IMG/VR virus record: IMGVR_UViG_3300045971_000409
Span: 13,349-77,348 of that record
Length of the DNA stretch: 64,000 nucleotides
Reading direction: 5' to 3' (one strand)
Source: a virus
Shown: positions 9,934-19,216 of the stretch, one piece after another
How positions within the stretch are numbered: position 1 is the first letter of the stretch
Layout of the letters: every line of letters begins with the position of its first letter
The notes under the pieces: model-generated
Told to the model about the DNA's origin: nothing
Databases searched by the model: none
The model's input: the letters and a program-made list of their open reading frames with translations, nothing else
Made by a program: the position numbers and the translations under genes

Positions 9934-12629
9934 TGGCGATTAAGACCATCTCCAATGCTGGCGGGTTATGGAGTGCTACGACTACTTGGGTGGGTGGTAT
10001 TATCCCTACTGCTGCCGATGATGTAGTGGCCACAGCAACATCCGGTCCAGTGACTATCGGTGCTGCGGCGGTCTGCGGGAGTATCGACCTATCTCTCTAC
10101 ACGTCTACGTTGACCCATAACGCCTTCTCTTTGACGGTGGGTAGCGCCACTGCTGGTGCTTTGAATTTCTCAGGGGCATGGACTTACACTCCTGCGGTAT
10201 CAACAGCTTGCAGCATTATTCTTACCTCTTGGTCTGCAACTTATTGGGACGTACAATTTGGTGTAGGAGTGCAGCAGAAGCACCCCTATTATATCAGCTT
10301 TAATAATAGTTCTGGGCACTGGACGCTGGTAGATGATGTGGCTATGTATGATACCACAGGAACTTATTTTACTCTAGCCAACGGCGCTTTGAACGCTACC
10401 GGCAGAACCATCTCTACTGGTATTTTTCAGACAAGTGGTACTTCCACTGTAAATCTCACCAATGCCGTTTTAAATGTCGGTTATTCCTCCTCAGTAACCA
10501 ACGCCCTTCAACTAGGGTCTGCTTCTGTTGTAACTACTACTGGATTGACTATTAATTATATTGGTACTGGAAGCGCCACAACATACTCAACCTTGCTGTA
10601 TTTGAATACGGCGGTAATACCCACACTCAACATTCTAAACGTCCAGAATAAGCTCTCGCTCAGTGGTACAGCTATCAATATAACCAATCTCAACTTGGGG
10701 GCTACAGGACCAGCGGCAACATTGATTATGGGTTTCAGTAGCAACATTGGCACTCTTACCTGCACCGGCAGTAACCAAAACAAGGTGTTTATCCGAAGTG
10801 GTGTCTACGGCACACCAGTTACCATGACGGTTGGGGATACCACCGGAGTAACTTACGCCAACTTTCAGGATATTACGGCGGCGGGAGCAGCAACGTGGAA
10901 CTTCATTGACGGCAGCGACGTTGACCCGACTCGTGGCACCGTTGGAGATTGTCTCGGTAATGATGGCGGTATTGCTATCGCCTTCCCCCCTCTCAGAGAG
11001 TTAAAGATATTTCAAGTAAGTGGCACAGTATTGAATTACTGGCATTGGAATCATACCGGAATAAACCCTGACGTTTACTGGAGACTAGCTGATGGGACTA
11101 CCCCGGCCAGGGTTGCCCTGCCTCATGATAATGTAACCGTGGCGGCCATAGCCAATCCCAGAAGATTGATTATAGATATCCCTAATGCCTGCGCCAACCT
11201 AACTTGTGTTGGCATACCTTCTGGTAATTTTTACCCCAGCGAAGCTCGCGCCGTAAATTATTATGGCAACATCAACATAGACAACGTGGGTGGCCTTAGC
11301 AGAGGTGGGTATGGTATGGTACTGTGTGGTAGAGGCGATCACACCCTTTCTATAAAAAATTTCTTAACTGATAGCACCGCTGCTGGGATAACCATCAACT
11401 CGGTCGGAGGTTCATATACACTAGCCGCAGACCTGACGTTAGCTAATCCATCTAGCAGTAACTTTTTATCTGTAACACTAGGTAAGTTCGTCACCGATGG
11501 TTTTACTTATACTGCCTCGTCTTTCCAGTCTATAGGTACTTTGACCCGTACTATTGATATTAGCAACTCGACATTGAACTTGGTATCTGGGGGAGGTGGC
11601 GCTGCTCCTATCAATCTCACCAACACCGGACTAACTTTCATCTGCGGTAAATCAACAATTAAGTTTGGTTACTCAGGAGCAGTAAGTCACGCAGTGAATA
11701 GTGCAGGAATGGTTTTTGACACCATCAACTTTACGGGTACTCACACTGGAACCGTGACACTAAACAGTATGACGGTGAACAATCTCCTATCGAATGGTAC
11801 GCCGCGTATCCTGACGATTCCTGTTTCCAACACGGTAACGGTCCTCAAGAACTTCAAACTGCAAGGGAACTCGACAGGTAAGGCACAGATTATAGGAGCA
11901 GGGAATCTCGTTATAGCGTGCCCAACTCCGCAATCAGTATCCAATATGAATCTGACTAGGGTGCGTTCCATTGGCCCGGCCCTCTACGCAGATAAATCAA
12001 TCAACAGCGGTAGCAATATCAATGTCAACTTCTACCCTGCTGATACGTGGAGCACGGCGAAGACGTTGGAAGCGTGGGGTTTTAATATACCTGACCCCAA
12101 TCAAATCATATCCGCGGGGCTGCTTGTTGCATCCTATCAATCACCAGGCGCAAGTTTATCTATAGGTAGCACTTTAACACCAGCAGCATTGTCCGGCATA
12201 TACGCCGTTCTGGCCGCTACTACTTTACAGAACAGTAACTTTAGTATTACCGCAGGGGTACAGTCAATTGTTGCCACCGCTCTTCACCCAGACCTAGTGA
12301 CCGATTATAGAATCACCGTGGGAAGTGTATCGGCTGCTTTCTCCGTGTGGTCTACAACCACTTCTCAAGGTGCTAGTATATCTCCCGCAACGCAGAGTGC
12401 AGTGTGGGATGCTTTGAGCAGGACTGTTGTAACAGATTCTGTCCTTACACCTGCTACAATTACGGCTTTGTTCTCCGCACTTCATCCATTTATTGACGTG
12501 ACAGGGGCAATTGGGTTAATATCCGTCCTGTTTCAATCCGCAACTGTGGATAGAGTATTTTCCGATTATACCCAGGAAAAAACATTCATAGAGCCTAGCA
12601 CGGTAAAAGTTTTTACGGAGGTAAACTAA
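9933..12629 (+). CDS. Large Thr/Gly/Asn-rich beta-repeat virion or fibre protein
   Basis: 898 aa; GLWSATTTWVGGIIPTAADDV N-terminal motif; beta-helix-like composition. Confidence 0.6.
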   Translation: MAIKTISNAGGLWSATTTWVGGIIPTAADDVVATATSGPVTIGAAAVCGSIDLSLYTSTLTHNAFSLTVGSATAGALNFSGAWTYTPAVSTACSIILTSWSATYWDVQFGVGVQQKHPYYISFNNSSGHWTLVDDVAMYDTTGTYFTLANGALNATGRTISTGIFQTSGTSTVNLTNAVLNVGYSSSVTNALQLGSASVVTTTGLTINYIGTGSATTYSTLLYLNTAVIPTLNILNVQNKLSLSGTAINITNLNLGATGPAATLIMGFSSNIGTLTCTGSNQNKVFIRSGVYGTPVTMTVGDTTGVTYANFQDITAAGAATWNFIDGSDVDPTRGTVGDCLGNDGGIAIAFPPLRELKIFQVSGTVLNYWHWNHTGINPDVYWRLADGTTPARVALPHDNVTVAAIANPRRLIIDIPNACANLTCVGIPSGNFYPSEARAVNYYGNINIDNVGGLSRGGYGMVLCGRGDHTLSIKNFLTDSTAAGITINSVGGSYTLAADLTLANPSSSNFLSVTLGKFVTDGFTYTASSFQSIGTLTRTIDISNSTLNLVSGGGGAAPINLTNTGLTFICGKSTIKFGYSGAVSHAVNSAGMVFDTINFTGTHTGTVTLNSMTVNNLLSNGTPRILTIPVSNTVTVLKNFKLQGNSTGKAQIIGAGNLVIACPTPQSVSNMNLTRVRSIGPALYADKSINSGSNINVNFYPADTWSTAKTLEAWGFNIPDPNQIISAGLLVASYQSPGASLSIGSTLTPAALSGIYAVLAATTLQNSNFSITAGVQSIVATALHPDLVTDYRITVGSVSAAFSVWSTTTSQGASISPATQSAVWDALSRTVVTDSVLTPATITALFSALHPFIDVTGAIGLISVLFQSATVDRVFSDYTQEKTFIEPSTVKVFTEVN

Positions 12630-12928
12630 TGTTTTCATTCAGTAAGCAGCCAGGAGAAACTATTATCGGGGTAGGCATAGATTTCTCTCCCCGAATTAAT
12701 GCGTCGGAAACTCTGACAGTACTCACCGTAACCTCTGTTCTTTTGTCGGGGGTTGAAACTGTTGGTAGTGCTTTAACCATCACCAACAAGGCTGTATCTG
12801 GCAGTATTGCCGCGTGTACTCTAAGTGGGGGGTACGATAGTTGCACCTACAAACTGACCTACAGGGTAACAGGAACAGAGGGTAGTGTTCTCGAATCGGA
12901 AATCAAACTAAAGGTAAAGGAGATTTAA
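12629..12928 (+). CDS. Small virion protein (fibre adaptor-like)
   Basis: FSKQPGE...IDFS pattern; coupled to the preceding gene. Confidence 0.5.
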   Translation: MFSFSKQPGETIIGVGIDFSPRINASETLTVLTVTSVLLSGVETVGSALTITNKAVSGSIAACTLSGGYDSCTYKLTYRVTGTEGSVLESEIKLKVKEI

Positions 12929-12929
12929 C

Positions 12930-13376
12930 ATGGCAGACGTAATTTACAACGCCTTTAAGGTCAATCAGATGAAGGCCAAATTTCCAGATTTGAGTGTGGG
13001 GACTAATATCAAAGTGGCTTTGGTCAATGCTACCTATGCTGCCATCGCAGACGAGGTCAAGAAAGACACCCACACCACCTTTGCTGATGTCGTAGCCAAT
13101 GAAATCACTGGTACGGCTTACACCGCCAGGGGTCAGCAAATAACAAGTCCTACAGTGACACAGGATGATACCAACAATCTGGCAAAGTTCGATTTTGCTG
13201 ATACTACTTGGGCAGCATCGACCATCACTGCCAATGGGGCGGTAGTCTACCTGGACAGCGGTGTAAACTCCACCAGCTACCTGATTGCTTATATTGATTT
13301 TGTCGGTACAAAGTCTTCAAGCGCGGGCAATTTCACAATTCAGTGGAATGCTGGGGGCGTGGTGACCTTAACGTAA
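12930..13376 (+). CDS. Conserved phage structural protein
   Basis: VIYNAFK...IKVALV...EITGTAYTARG...FTIQWNAGG pattern seen in fibre-associated phage proteins; RBS AAGGAG. Confidence 0.6.
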   Translation: MADVIYNAFKVNQMKAKFPDLSVGTNIKVALVNATYAAIADEVKKDTHTTFADVVANEITGTAYTARGQQITSPTVTQDDTNNLAKFDFADTTWAASTITANGAVVYLDSGVNSTSYLIAYIDFVGTKSSSAGNFTIQWNAGGVVTLT

Positions 13377-13401
13377 TCAACCCAAGCAAAAGGAGATCAA
13401 G

Positions 13402-13902
13402 ATGAAACCACAGTTTCAGAATGGTAGCATTGATGGATGGAACCTCATTCTAAACGTCTGCTCGTTGAATGGTACCCAGTACCCGGCCAAGCCGGTTGCT
13501 GATCCTCCGAAATTTGAATTTCCACACATGCCAAGTGGCAAACCGGGGTTACTTCTGCATCCCGGAAAGTATCTCATGCTGAAAAATGGGCCGACCAGCC
13601 CTGAACACAATGAAACCAATAAGTACATCATTCAGCAGATGGTCAACACCAAGGGTGGCGAGGTGAGTCTCAAAGTACTCTGTGCCAGTCCCAACAATGG
13701 CTTCATGAGCGTACTCCTCAAGACAGAGAAGTTCGAGGAAGAGGGGTGGGGCAAACAGGTAGCCACCGGTTACACTACCAAATGGATGCCACTCAAGTTC
13801 ACCATACCGCCAGGTCAGTGTCTCATCACGCTGTTTTTCGGCGGGGACGCAAATCAAACTGGTGCCAATATGTGCATCGACGAGTTTTACCTCCCCGAGT
13901 AA
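13402..13902 (+). CDS. Hypothetical protein
   Basis: RBS AAGGAG; 166 aa. Confidence 0.55.
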   Translation: MKPQFQNGSIDGWNLILNVCSLNGTQYPAKPVADPPKFEFPHMPSGKPGLLLHPGKYLMLKNGPTSPEHNETNKYIIQQMVNTKGGEVSLKVLCASPNNGFMSVLLKTEKFEEEGWGKQVATGYTTKWMPLKFTIPPGQCLITLFFGGDANQTGANMCIDEFYLPE

Positions 13903-14017
13903 GGAGGCACCATGAACACCATCTGTCCTTACGCAGGGTACACTGAACACTGCCCTAAATGCGCTAACTTCGGAATTGCTTGGCACCTGTATCATTGCCC
14001 CCTGCGGAGGACAGTAG

Positions 14018-14251
14018 ATGAAAAAAATTAAGTTGTACCTCAGGAACCACCTGCTAGTTAGGGACTTAACCCTGAATGTTTGGTTAGGGGGGTCTCCCTA
14101 TGAGCCCATCAGTTCAAGGGTGTGGCGTAACAGGGATAAGCGGGGGATGCGTTACGTGGTCTATCTGATTGACCTAATATTTGGGGCCAATCACTGCATG
14201 GCCTCAGCAAAACGAGTTGAATACTATGAAGGGTACGAGGTGATTCGATGA
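14018..14251 (+). CDS. Small hypothetical protein before the endolysin
   Basis: RBS GGAGG; ATGA overlap with the endolysin. Confidence 0.55.
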   Translation: MKKIKLYLRNHLLVRDLTLNVWLGGSPYEPISSRVWRNRDKRGMRYVVYLIDLIFGANHCMASAKRVEYYEGYEVIR

Positions 14252-14724
14252 GAATGTCCCCCAAAGGCAAAGACCTCCTGATTCAGTGGGAGGGTTTCAA
14301 GGCCCACGCCTACAAAGATACTGCAAATAAATGGACTATTGGGGTGGGCCACCTCCTCCTACCCGAAGAAAGAGAGACGGATATCATTTACATCAACGCG
14401 GCCCCGGTTGATATCTCTAAGGGGCTTGGTTCTGATTTAGTATACTCCCTCCTGGAGCAAGATTTAGTGCCAAGGGAGGGTGCTGTCACTGATTCTGTAT
14501 CCGTACCGTTGAATCAAGATCAATATGATACCCTGGTCTCCTTCGTCTTTAATGTAGGTGAGCCGCGCTTCAAGTCTTCCACCTTGTTACGACTCCTCAA
14601 TGATGGAGATTATACTTCTGTTCCCGCCCAGTTAATGCGCTGGAACAAAGCTGGCGGCCGAGTGGATAAAGGACTAAACAACCGACGAAGCAATGAGGTA
14701 GCCTTATGGCTGAGTCAGCTATAA
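14248..14724 (+). CDS. Endolysin, GH24 lysozyme
   Basis: E-x8-D-x5-T triad (WEGFKAHAYKDTANKWTIGVGH); LNQDQYDTLVSFVFNVG; GLNNRR. Confidence 0.93.
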   Translation: MRMSPKGKDLLIQWEGFKAHAYKDTANKWTIGVGHLLLPEERETDIIYINAAPVDISKGLGSDLVYSLLEQDLVPREGAVTDSVSVPLNQDQYDTLVSFVFNVGEPRFKSSTLLRLLNDGDYTSVPAQLMRWNKAGGRVDKGLNNRRSNEVALWLSQL

Positions 14725-15197
14725 CCCATCTCACCATACCAGAGATGCTCATCGTCATTGCGTATCTTCTCTCTGCCTGGTATTTAGTTCGGACTGGCAT
14801 GCTGACCCAATTCCTTCTTGATGATAGCGGTAAACTCAGCAACTCCAAACTCTGGAGTTTCGTTGCCAATGCCGTCGGTTCATATGTGGTCATTCACTAC
14901 ACCATGGACGGTAAACTGACCTCAGAGTTTTTTCTGATCTACATGGGTGTTGTTGGTAGCGGTGCGGTAGCCAACAAATTGATTGCTTTCAAATACGGTG
15001 GAGCTACCGACGCTCCTTCTGCTTCCCACGAGGTACCCGATGCCAATCCTGCAAATCCTAAACGCAATCCTGTCGATCAAGATAGTCCAGTACCTAATGC
15101 TGATACTCCTGACGATCCTGATAGTAATGACAACGTATCTCGGAATAAGAAACAAGTGGATAGCCAAAGACCTAGAAGTTACGGGACAACAACTTAA
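14706..15197 (+). CDS. Putative holin
   Basis: Three hydrophobic segments and a hydrophilic tail; lies between the endolysin and the spanins. Confidence 0.6.
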   Translation: MAESAITHLTIPEMLIVIAYLLSAWYLVRTGMLTQFLLDDSGKLSNSKLWSFVANAVGSYVVIHYTMDGKLTSEFFLIYMGVVGSGAVANKLIAFKYGGATDAPSASHEVPDANPANPKRNPVDQDSPVPNADTPDDPDSNDNVSRNKKQVDSQRPRSYGTTT

Positions 15198-15429
15198 AGG
15201 GTATAAGGCGGCCACCGCCTTGCAGAATGAGGGTATCTTGCAGATGCAGAAAGCGGGAGAACAGGCCAAGATAGATGCCCAGGTAGCACGCGAAAAAATG
15301 CTCACGGCCATGGCGGACAGCAAGAAAAGAACTGATCGCATTATGTCGGTTCCGCCCCCTAAAGCCTGTGAGGATGCTCGTAAGTATGGTCTTGAGTTGG
15401 CCCGTAAATTAGTAGGGGGTTTACTGTGA
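15040..15429 (+). CDS. Putative i-spanin (Rz-like)
   Basis: Start moved to ATG 15040 (RBS GAGGT); N-terminal TM helix then coiled coil ending PPPKAC. Confidence 0.7.
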   Translation: MPILQILNAILSIKIVQYLMLILLTILIVMTTYLGIRNKWIAKDLEVTGQQLKGYKAATALQNEGILQMQKAGEQAKIDAQVAREKMLTAMADSKKRTDRIMSVPPPKACEDARKYGLELARKLVGGLL

Positions 15430-15716
15430 AAACAGCACTACTGAGAACCATCATGTATTTTGTGGGACTACTTCTCGCGTCCGCCATCACCCTGCTAATC
15501 ATGATTACCATGACCAGTTGCGCCCCTAACGTAGTTTACGTTCCAACCCCGGTCCCCTGTGTGCGCCCCACCCTCCCAGAACGTCCTGTATGGCCCATCA
15601 GTGCATTTAAGGGCACCGAGACCTACGGTGAGATCATTCAGGGCTTTGGGGCCTCTCTGAGCGCGGAGAAAGGGTATTCAGATAGTCTGCGGATACTCAT
15701 CGAAGGTATAAAGTAA
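15426..15716 (+). CDS. Putative o-spanin lipoprotein (Rz1-like)
   Basis: Signal peptide ending MTSC (lipobox-like) and a Pro-rich mature region. Confidence 0.7.
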   Translation: MKTALLRTIMYFVGLLLASAITLLIMITMTSCAPNVVYVPTPVPCVRPTLPERPVWPISAFKGTETYGEIIQGFGASLSAEKGYSDSLRILIEGIK

Positions 15717-15739
15717 CAATCAACCCCAAGGAGGTTAGT

Positions 15740-16063
15740 ATGCCAGCATATCAAGCAGTAAAATTCTACAGTTCGGCCACTGATGGTGCTCAGTCCAAAG
15801 CCATGAGCAAAGTTACCCAGCTCTTGTCAGAGGCCGCCGTGCCCGTAGGAACCACCTTTCAGCTCCAAGTTCGTTTGTCCCCCCTGGCTCCGTGGGTGGA
15901 CCTGCCCAATGCCAGCGTCTTCGGCACTACGCTGTTTGCAGGTACAGCCTTCATAATCTGGACTCTTCCAGGTAACTTCCCGTACAACGAGATACGCCTC
16001 AATCGCTCGGTAGGTGCCGGTGATGTTAATGTTTGGGCGCAAGGGGCCAACGAGACCTACTAA
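15740..16063 (+). CDS. Hypothetical protein
   Basis: RBS AAGGAGGT; 107 aa. Confidence 0.6.
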   Translation: MPAYQAVKFYSSATDGAQSKAMSKVTQLLSEAAVPVGTTFQLQVRLSPLAPWVDLPNASVFGTTLFAGTAFIIWTLPGNFPYNEIRLNRSVGAGDVNVWAQGANETY

Positions 16064-16067
16064 TTTT

Positions 16068-16085
16068 TGTGCAATTAATTGCACA
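16068..16085. promoter_or_regulatory. 18-bp palindrome copy 2 (perfect)
   Basis: TGTGCAATTAATTGCACA, intergenic at the end of the late block. Confidence 0.9.
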
Positions 16086-16139
16086 GAAGTACTTGCCTCA
16101 GCAAAGACCTCATGGCATAATAACGGCACAGTAGCTATT

Positions 16140-16173
16140 ACCCTCCGCCCTGGTACGGCGGGGGGTCTTTTTT
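16140..16173 (+). terminator. Intrinsic terminator ending the late/lysis block
   Basis: ACCCTCCGCC / GGCGGGGGGT stem followed by CTTTTTT. Confidence 0.75.
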
Positions 16174-16183
16174 ATGAATTTAT

Positions 16184-16212
16184 TTGACAAAACCATATAC
16201 ATATAATATACT
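16184..16212 (+). promoter_or_regulatory. Sigma70-type promoter (TTGACAAAAC class)
   Basis: TTGACA-N17-TATACT. Confidence 0.85.
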
Positions 16213-16245
16213 ATAACCATCACACACCCTACATGGAGGTATATT

Positions 16246-17493
16246 ATGGATTTAAAGTTGGCCATTAATGCCCGTATCCCGCTTATATCGGTGGAAACCA
16301 CGGACACCATCAACATCCTGGAGGTACTGACCCACTACGCAGGTATGCCCATCACAGAATACCCACTGAAAGGAGAAATTATGGCGGGAAACCTACTCGC
16401 CATAACCAAGAAGGAGGGAAATAAGATAGGGTCTATATTCTACTCCTACAACCCCATCTCGGGGGCCATCCCCAAACTGTACACTCGCCTGTCTGAATAT
16501 GCCCAGAGTATTATTTTCATCAATGTTGAGGATCAGGAGGGCAGTTTTGCAGTCGGCATGGTGTTTCCCGACTATGACCTCGTGAAGTCCAATTTGGCCC
16601 CGCATCTACCCGCCACTCAAGTTGAAGAATTTACCCCCTACCTAGTGGGGCACACTCTCAAGGAGATAACGGAAATTATCCGTATCCTCATGGAGATAAA
16701 AGGTACCAATGCCACACTGACTGATCTGCTTGCCGTCAAGAAAATGCTCTCTCCCCCCGTGAGAGGGGCCACAATGGTTAATACTACTCTCCCATACAAC
16801 CACCCCAATACGGCACTGGAATTGTGGCTCCAAACTGATGGTCCTATATTCCTACACTGTAGAGAGACTCGTCTGCGGCCGCGTGGATTATTATTTTACG
16901 GCACTCCAGGGACGGGTAAGACTCAGGGGGCCAAGTACCTGGCCACCCAACTGGGCCTGCCACTCTACGCCCTAGAGGTGGGAGACTCCCTGGGAAAGTA
17001 TGTTGGTGAATCAGAGGGTATGTTTGCAAAGGCTCTTCGGCATATCGACGCAGAGGAACCCTGTGTGGTCCTGCTGGATGAGGTAGAAAAGATATTCAAA
17101 GTGGGGGATGATTCCACCGGGGCAGTACAGCGCATCCTCTCCCGTCTACTCTGGTGGCTGCAAGAGAGAACGTCCAAGACTCTGGTAATCATGACTACCA
17201 ACCTCTTGGAGGCCCTGCCCACTGAGCTATATCGCCCCGGTCGTATTGATTACACCATGCGTTTCGAGGGTCTGCATTTACCAGAAGGGCTAGATTTAGT
17301 AACTGGATTGATTAATTCGTTCCCACATTTGGGAGAATTGGTACCATCCTTGCATAACTTTACGATAAATGTTCATGGTCATGTGACGCAGTTTCTTTAC
17401 AAATCGGGAGGCAGAGCCACTCCGTCGGACATAACGCAACTGGTTTTCAAGTACATCAAACTAGAGTACCTGAAAGCTATACCAAAAGAATAG
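16246..17493 (+). CDS. AAA+ ATPase (Ycf46/SpoVK-like)
   Basis: Walker A GTPGTGKT, Walker B VVLLDE, KYVGESE pore loop, RPGRID. Confidence 0.9.
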   Translation: MDLKLAINARIPLISVETTDTINILEVLTHYAGMPITEYPLKGEIMAGNLLAITKKEGNKIGSIFYSYNPISGAIPKLYTRLSEYAQSIIFINVEDQEGSFAVGMVFPDYDLVKSNLAPHLPATQVEEFTPYLVGHTLKEITEIIRILMEIKGTNATLTDLLAVKKMLSPPVRGATMVNTTLPYNHPNTALELWLQTDGPIFLHCRETRLRPRGLLFYGTPGTGKTQGAKYLATQLGLPLYALEVGDSLGKYVGESEGMFAKALRHIDAEEPCVVLLDEVEKIFKVGDDSTGAVQRILSRLLWWLQERTSKTLVIMTTNLLEALPTELYRPGRIDYTMRFEGLHLPEGLDLVTGLINSFPHLGELVPSLHNFTINVHGHVTQFLYKSGGRATPSDITQLVFKYIKLEYLKAIPKE

Positions 17494-17531
17494 TCAATAA
17501 TTACAGTAGGTTATATACCTAAAGAATAATC

Positions 17532-17560
17532 TTGACAAAACTTTCTACTTATTATATACT
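17532..17560 (+). promoter_or_regulatory. Sigma70-type promoter (TTGACAAAACT class)
   Basis: TTGACA-N17-TATACT. Confidence 0.85.
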
Positions 17561-17619
17561 CTTTCTATCAATTCAACCAACCGGTAACCCCAACCGGCAA
17601 CCACGCAAGGAGGCAACAA

Positions 17620-18336
17620 ATGGAAGACGAAGATTTGAGCTACGGAACCAAGGAGACCGAGGTAGACAACCCCAACATCATCCCCGTGGAGAGCAAGGAC
17701 CTGACCATCGCGGGCAACGCGGACTGTCTGCCCCAGGCCGTCATGTTCAACAACACCAAGGGCAATCGGGAACAGTTGGCCGTACCTGCCGACTTCCCCT
17801 ACCCAGCGCTGTTCATCAACGGTACCTACGAGCCCCAGAGTTATCTGGTACTGGGTGACATTGCCAACCGAGCGTTTCGAGTTGCGATCCGTCCCCTGTA
17901 CTCGTACTACCAGTCAGAATTCCGGGTCCGTATCGTGCCTATCTACGAGGGTGCGGACGTTTTGAATGTCCCGGAAGAATTCCCTCGGCTGCCTTTTGTG
18001 GGCAAGAAATCCAGTCATGTGCGTATCTCCAAAGTATTCACCGATGAGGTCGATACTAAGGGGGTTCGTAAGGATGAAAGTATGGAGCGCACCTTGACTC
18101 GATTCTTCTCCGACTCCCACATAGCCACCATCGAAAAGCTCTACTCCTGCTTCGGTAACACCGAATGGATAGTACCTCTGGATGGTCTGTACGCCTACCT
18201 CCAGACTTATGTGGCTCAGAATTGCGTGGACCATTTCAAACAGAGTCACGCGGGGAAAAACGATGAAACCCCGATGGTCTCCGATGAACCTGAATTTGCG
18301 GATAATGGACAAGGGCCTGATGACGATGAGTACTAA
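17620..18336 (+). CDS. Hypothetical acidic protein
   Basis: Own promoter; RBS AAGGAGG. Confidence 0.7.
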   Translation: MEDEDLSYGTKETEVDNPNIIPVESKDLTIAGNADCLPQAVMFNNTKGNREQLAVPADFPYPALFINGTYEPQSYLVLGDIANRAFRVAIRPLYSYYQSEFRVRIVPIYEGADVLNVPEEFPRLPFVGKKSSHVRISKVFTDEVDTKGVRKDESMERTLTRFFSDSHIATIEKLYSCFGNTEWIVPLDGLYAYLQTYVAQNCVDHFKQSHAGKNDETPMVSDEPEFADNGQGPDDDEY

Positions 18337-18862
18337 AACCAACCGCCTGGTAGGCACTGATGGAGCCCCGGACTACCTCATTATCCATGCGTGTAATGGG
18401 CTGGCCCTGGGCGTGAAACCCCTCCTGCTCCCCGTGGTAGGAGATGAACAGGCAAAAGTACTAGGGATACGGGTTCGCGTAGCCCGAGACCCCAACAGTG
18501 CTATCGCCGTCACCAATGTCCAAGCCTGCGCGGCCATAAACTACGAGATAGGATTCTCCAAGCGCGATGCCAATCGGTGCAGTCTCAATCTCACCGCCAT
18601 GATTCCTGATCTGAGTATGGCCACGCTGGAAGACTTCAAGACTCAAGTAGTAGCCGGTATTCAGGGGGCCATAACCAAGACCCTGGCCAGTTACATAGAG
18701 AGTCCTGGAGCCACCGTGGGACTGGATGAAATACAGAAATTTGTTGAAGAGACTCTGTGTGCCGAGTTCCTGAGTGTCTACCCGGACCACAAACCCCAAG
18801 CCAAAGAAGCCATTACTGGTAAGGAGGGCAAGGTAATACAGGTCAACTTCGGCAAGAAATAA
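18326..18862 (+). CDS. Hypothetical protein
   Basis: Probable start at ATG 18326, overlapping the previous stop region. Confidence 0.6.
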   Translation: MSTKTNRLVGTDGAPDYLIIHACNGLALGVKPLLLPVVGDEQAKVLGIRVRVARDPNSAIAVTNVQACAAINYEIGFSKRDANRCSLNLTAMIPDLSMATLEDFKTQVVAGIQGAITKTLASYIESPGATVGLDEIQKFVEETLCAEFLSVYPDHKPQAKEAITGKEGKVIQVNFGKK

Positions 18863-18932
18863 TCACCGACCCATTGTGATTTTACCCCCCCCCTGGCCCA
18901 TGTCAGGGGGGCATTTCCGTAAGGAGATTTTT

Positions 18933-19187
18933 ATGGCTCACGATATACACCACCAGATAACTGCAATGACCGGGCTCACAGTTTACGAAAAATTAGTACT
19001 CTGGTCCCTGGCGGACCACTACAACAAGAAGACAAAAAAATGCTGTCCCTCGTGGGAAACAATCATAGCTGAAACAAGTACGAGTAGTTCATCAGTACAC
19101 AGAGCTATGGTATCGTTAAAGAAAAAAGGATTGATAGAATCCCTACGGAGTAAAAATGCAGCACAGTATAACCTTCTCTTTATCTGA
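18933..19187 (+). CDS. Stand-alone winged HTH protein (paralogue of the initiator N-terminus)
   Basis: EKLVLWSLADH...CCPSWETI...SVHRAMVSLKKKGLI; RBS AAGGAG before ATG 18933. Confidence 0.8.
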   Translation: MAHDIHHQITAMTGLTVYEKLVLWSLADHYNKKTKKCCPSWETIIAETSTSSSSVHRAMVSLKKKGLIESLRSKNAAQYNLLFI

Positions 19188-19216
19188 CACCTCGTAACCA
19201 CAGTGAGGGACTTTTT

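Noticed and set aside
3-12629. Diversity-generating retroelement or invertible fibre cassette
   Set aside because: No reverse transcriptase or invertase is present; the internal repeats are diverged at all positions rather than only at adenines.
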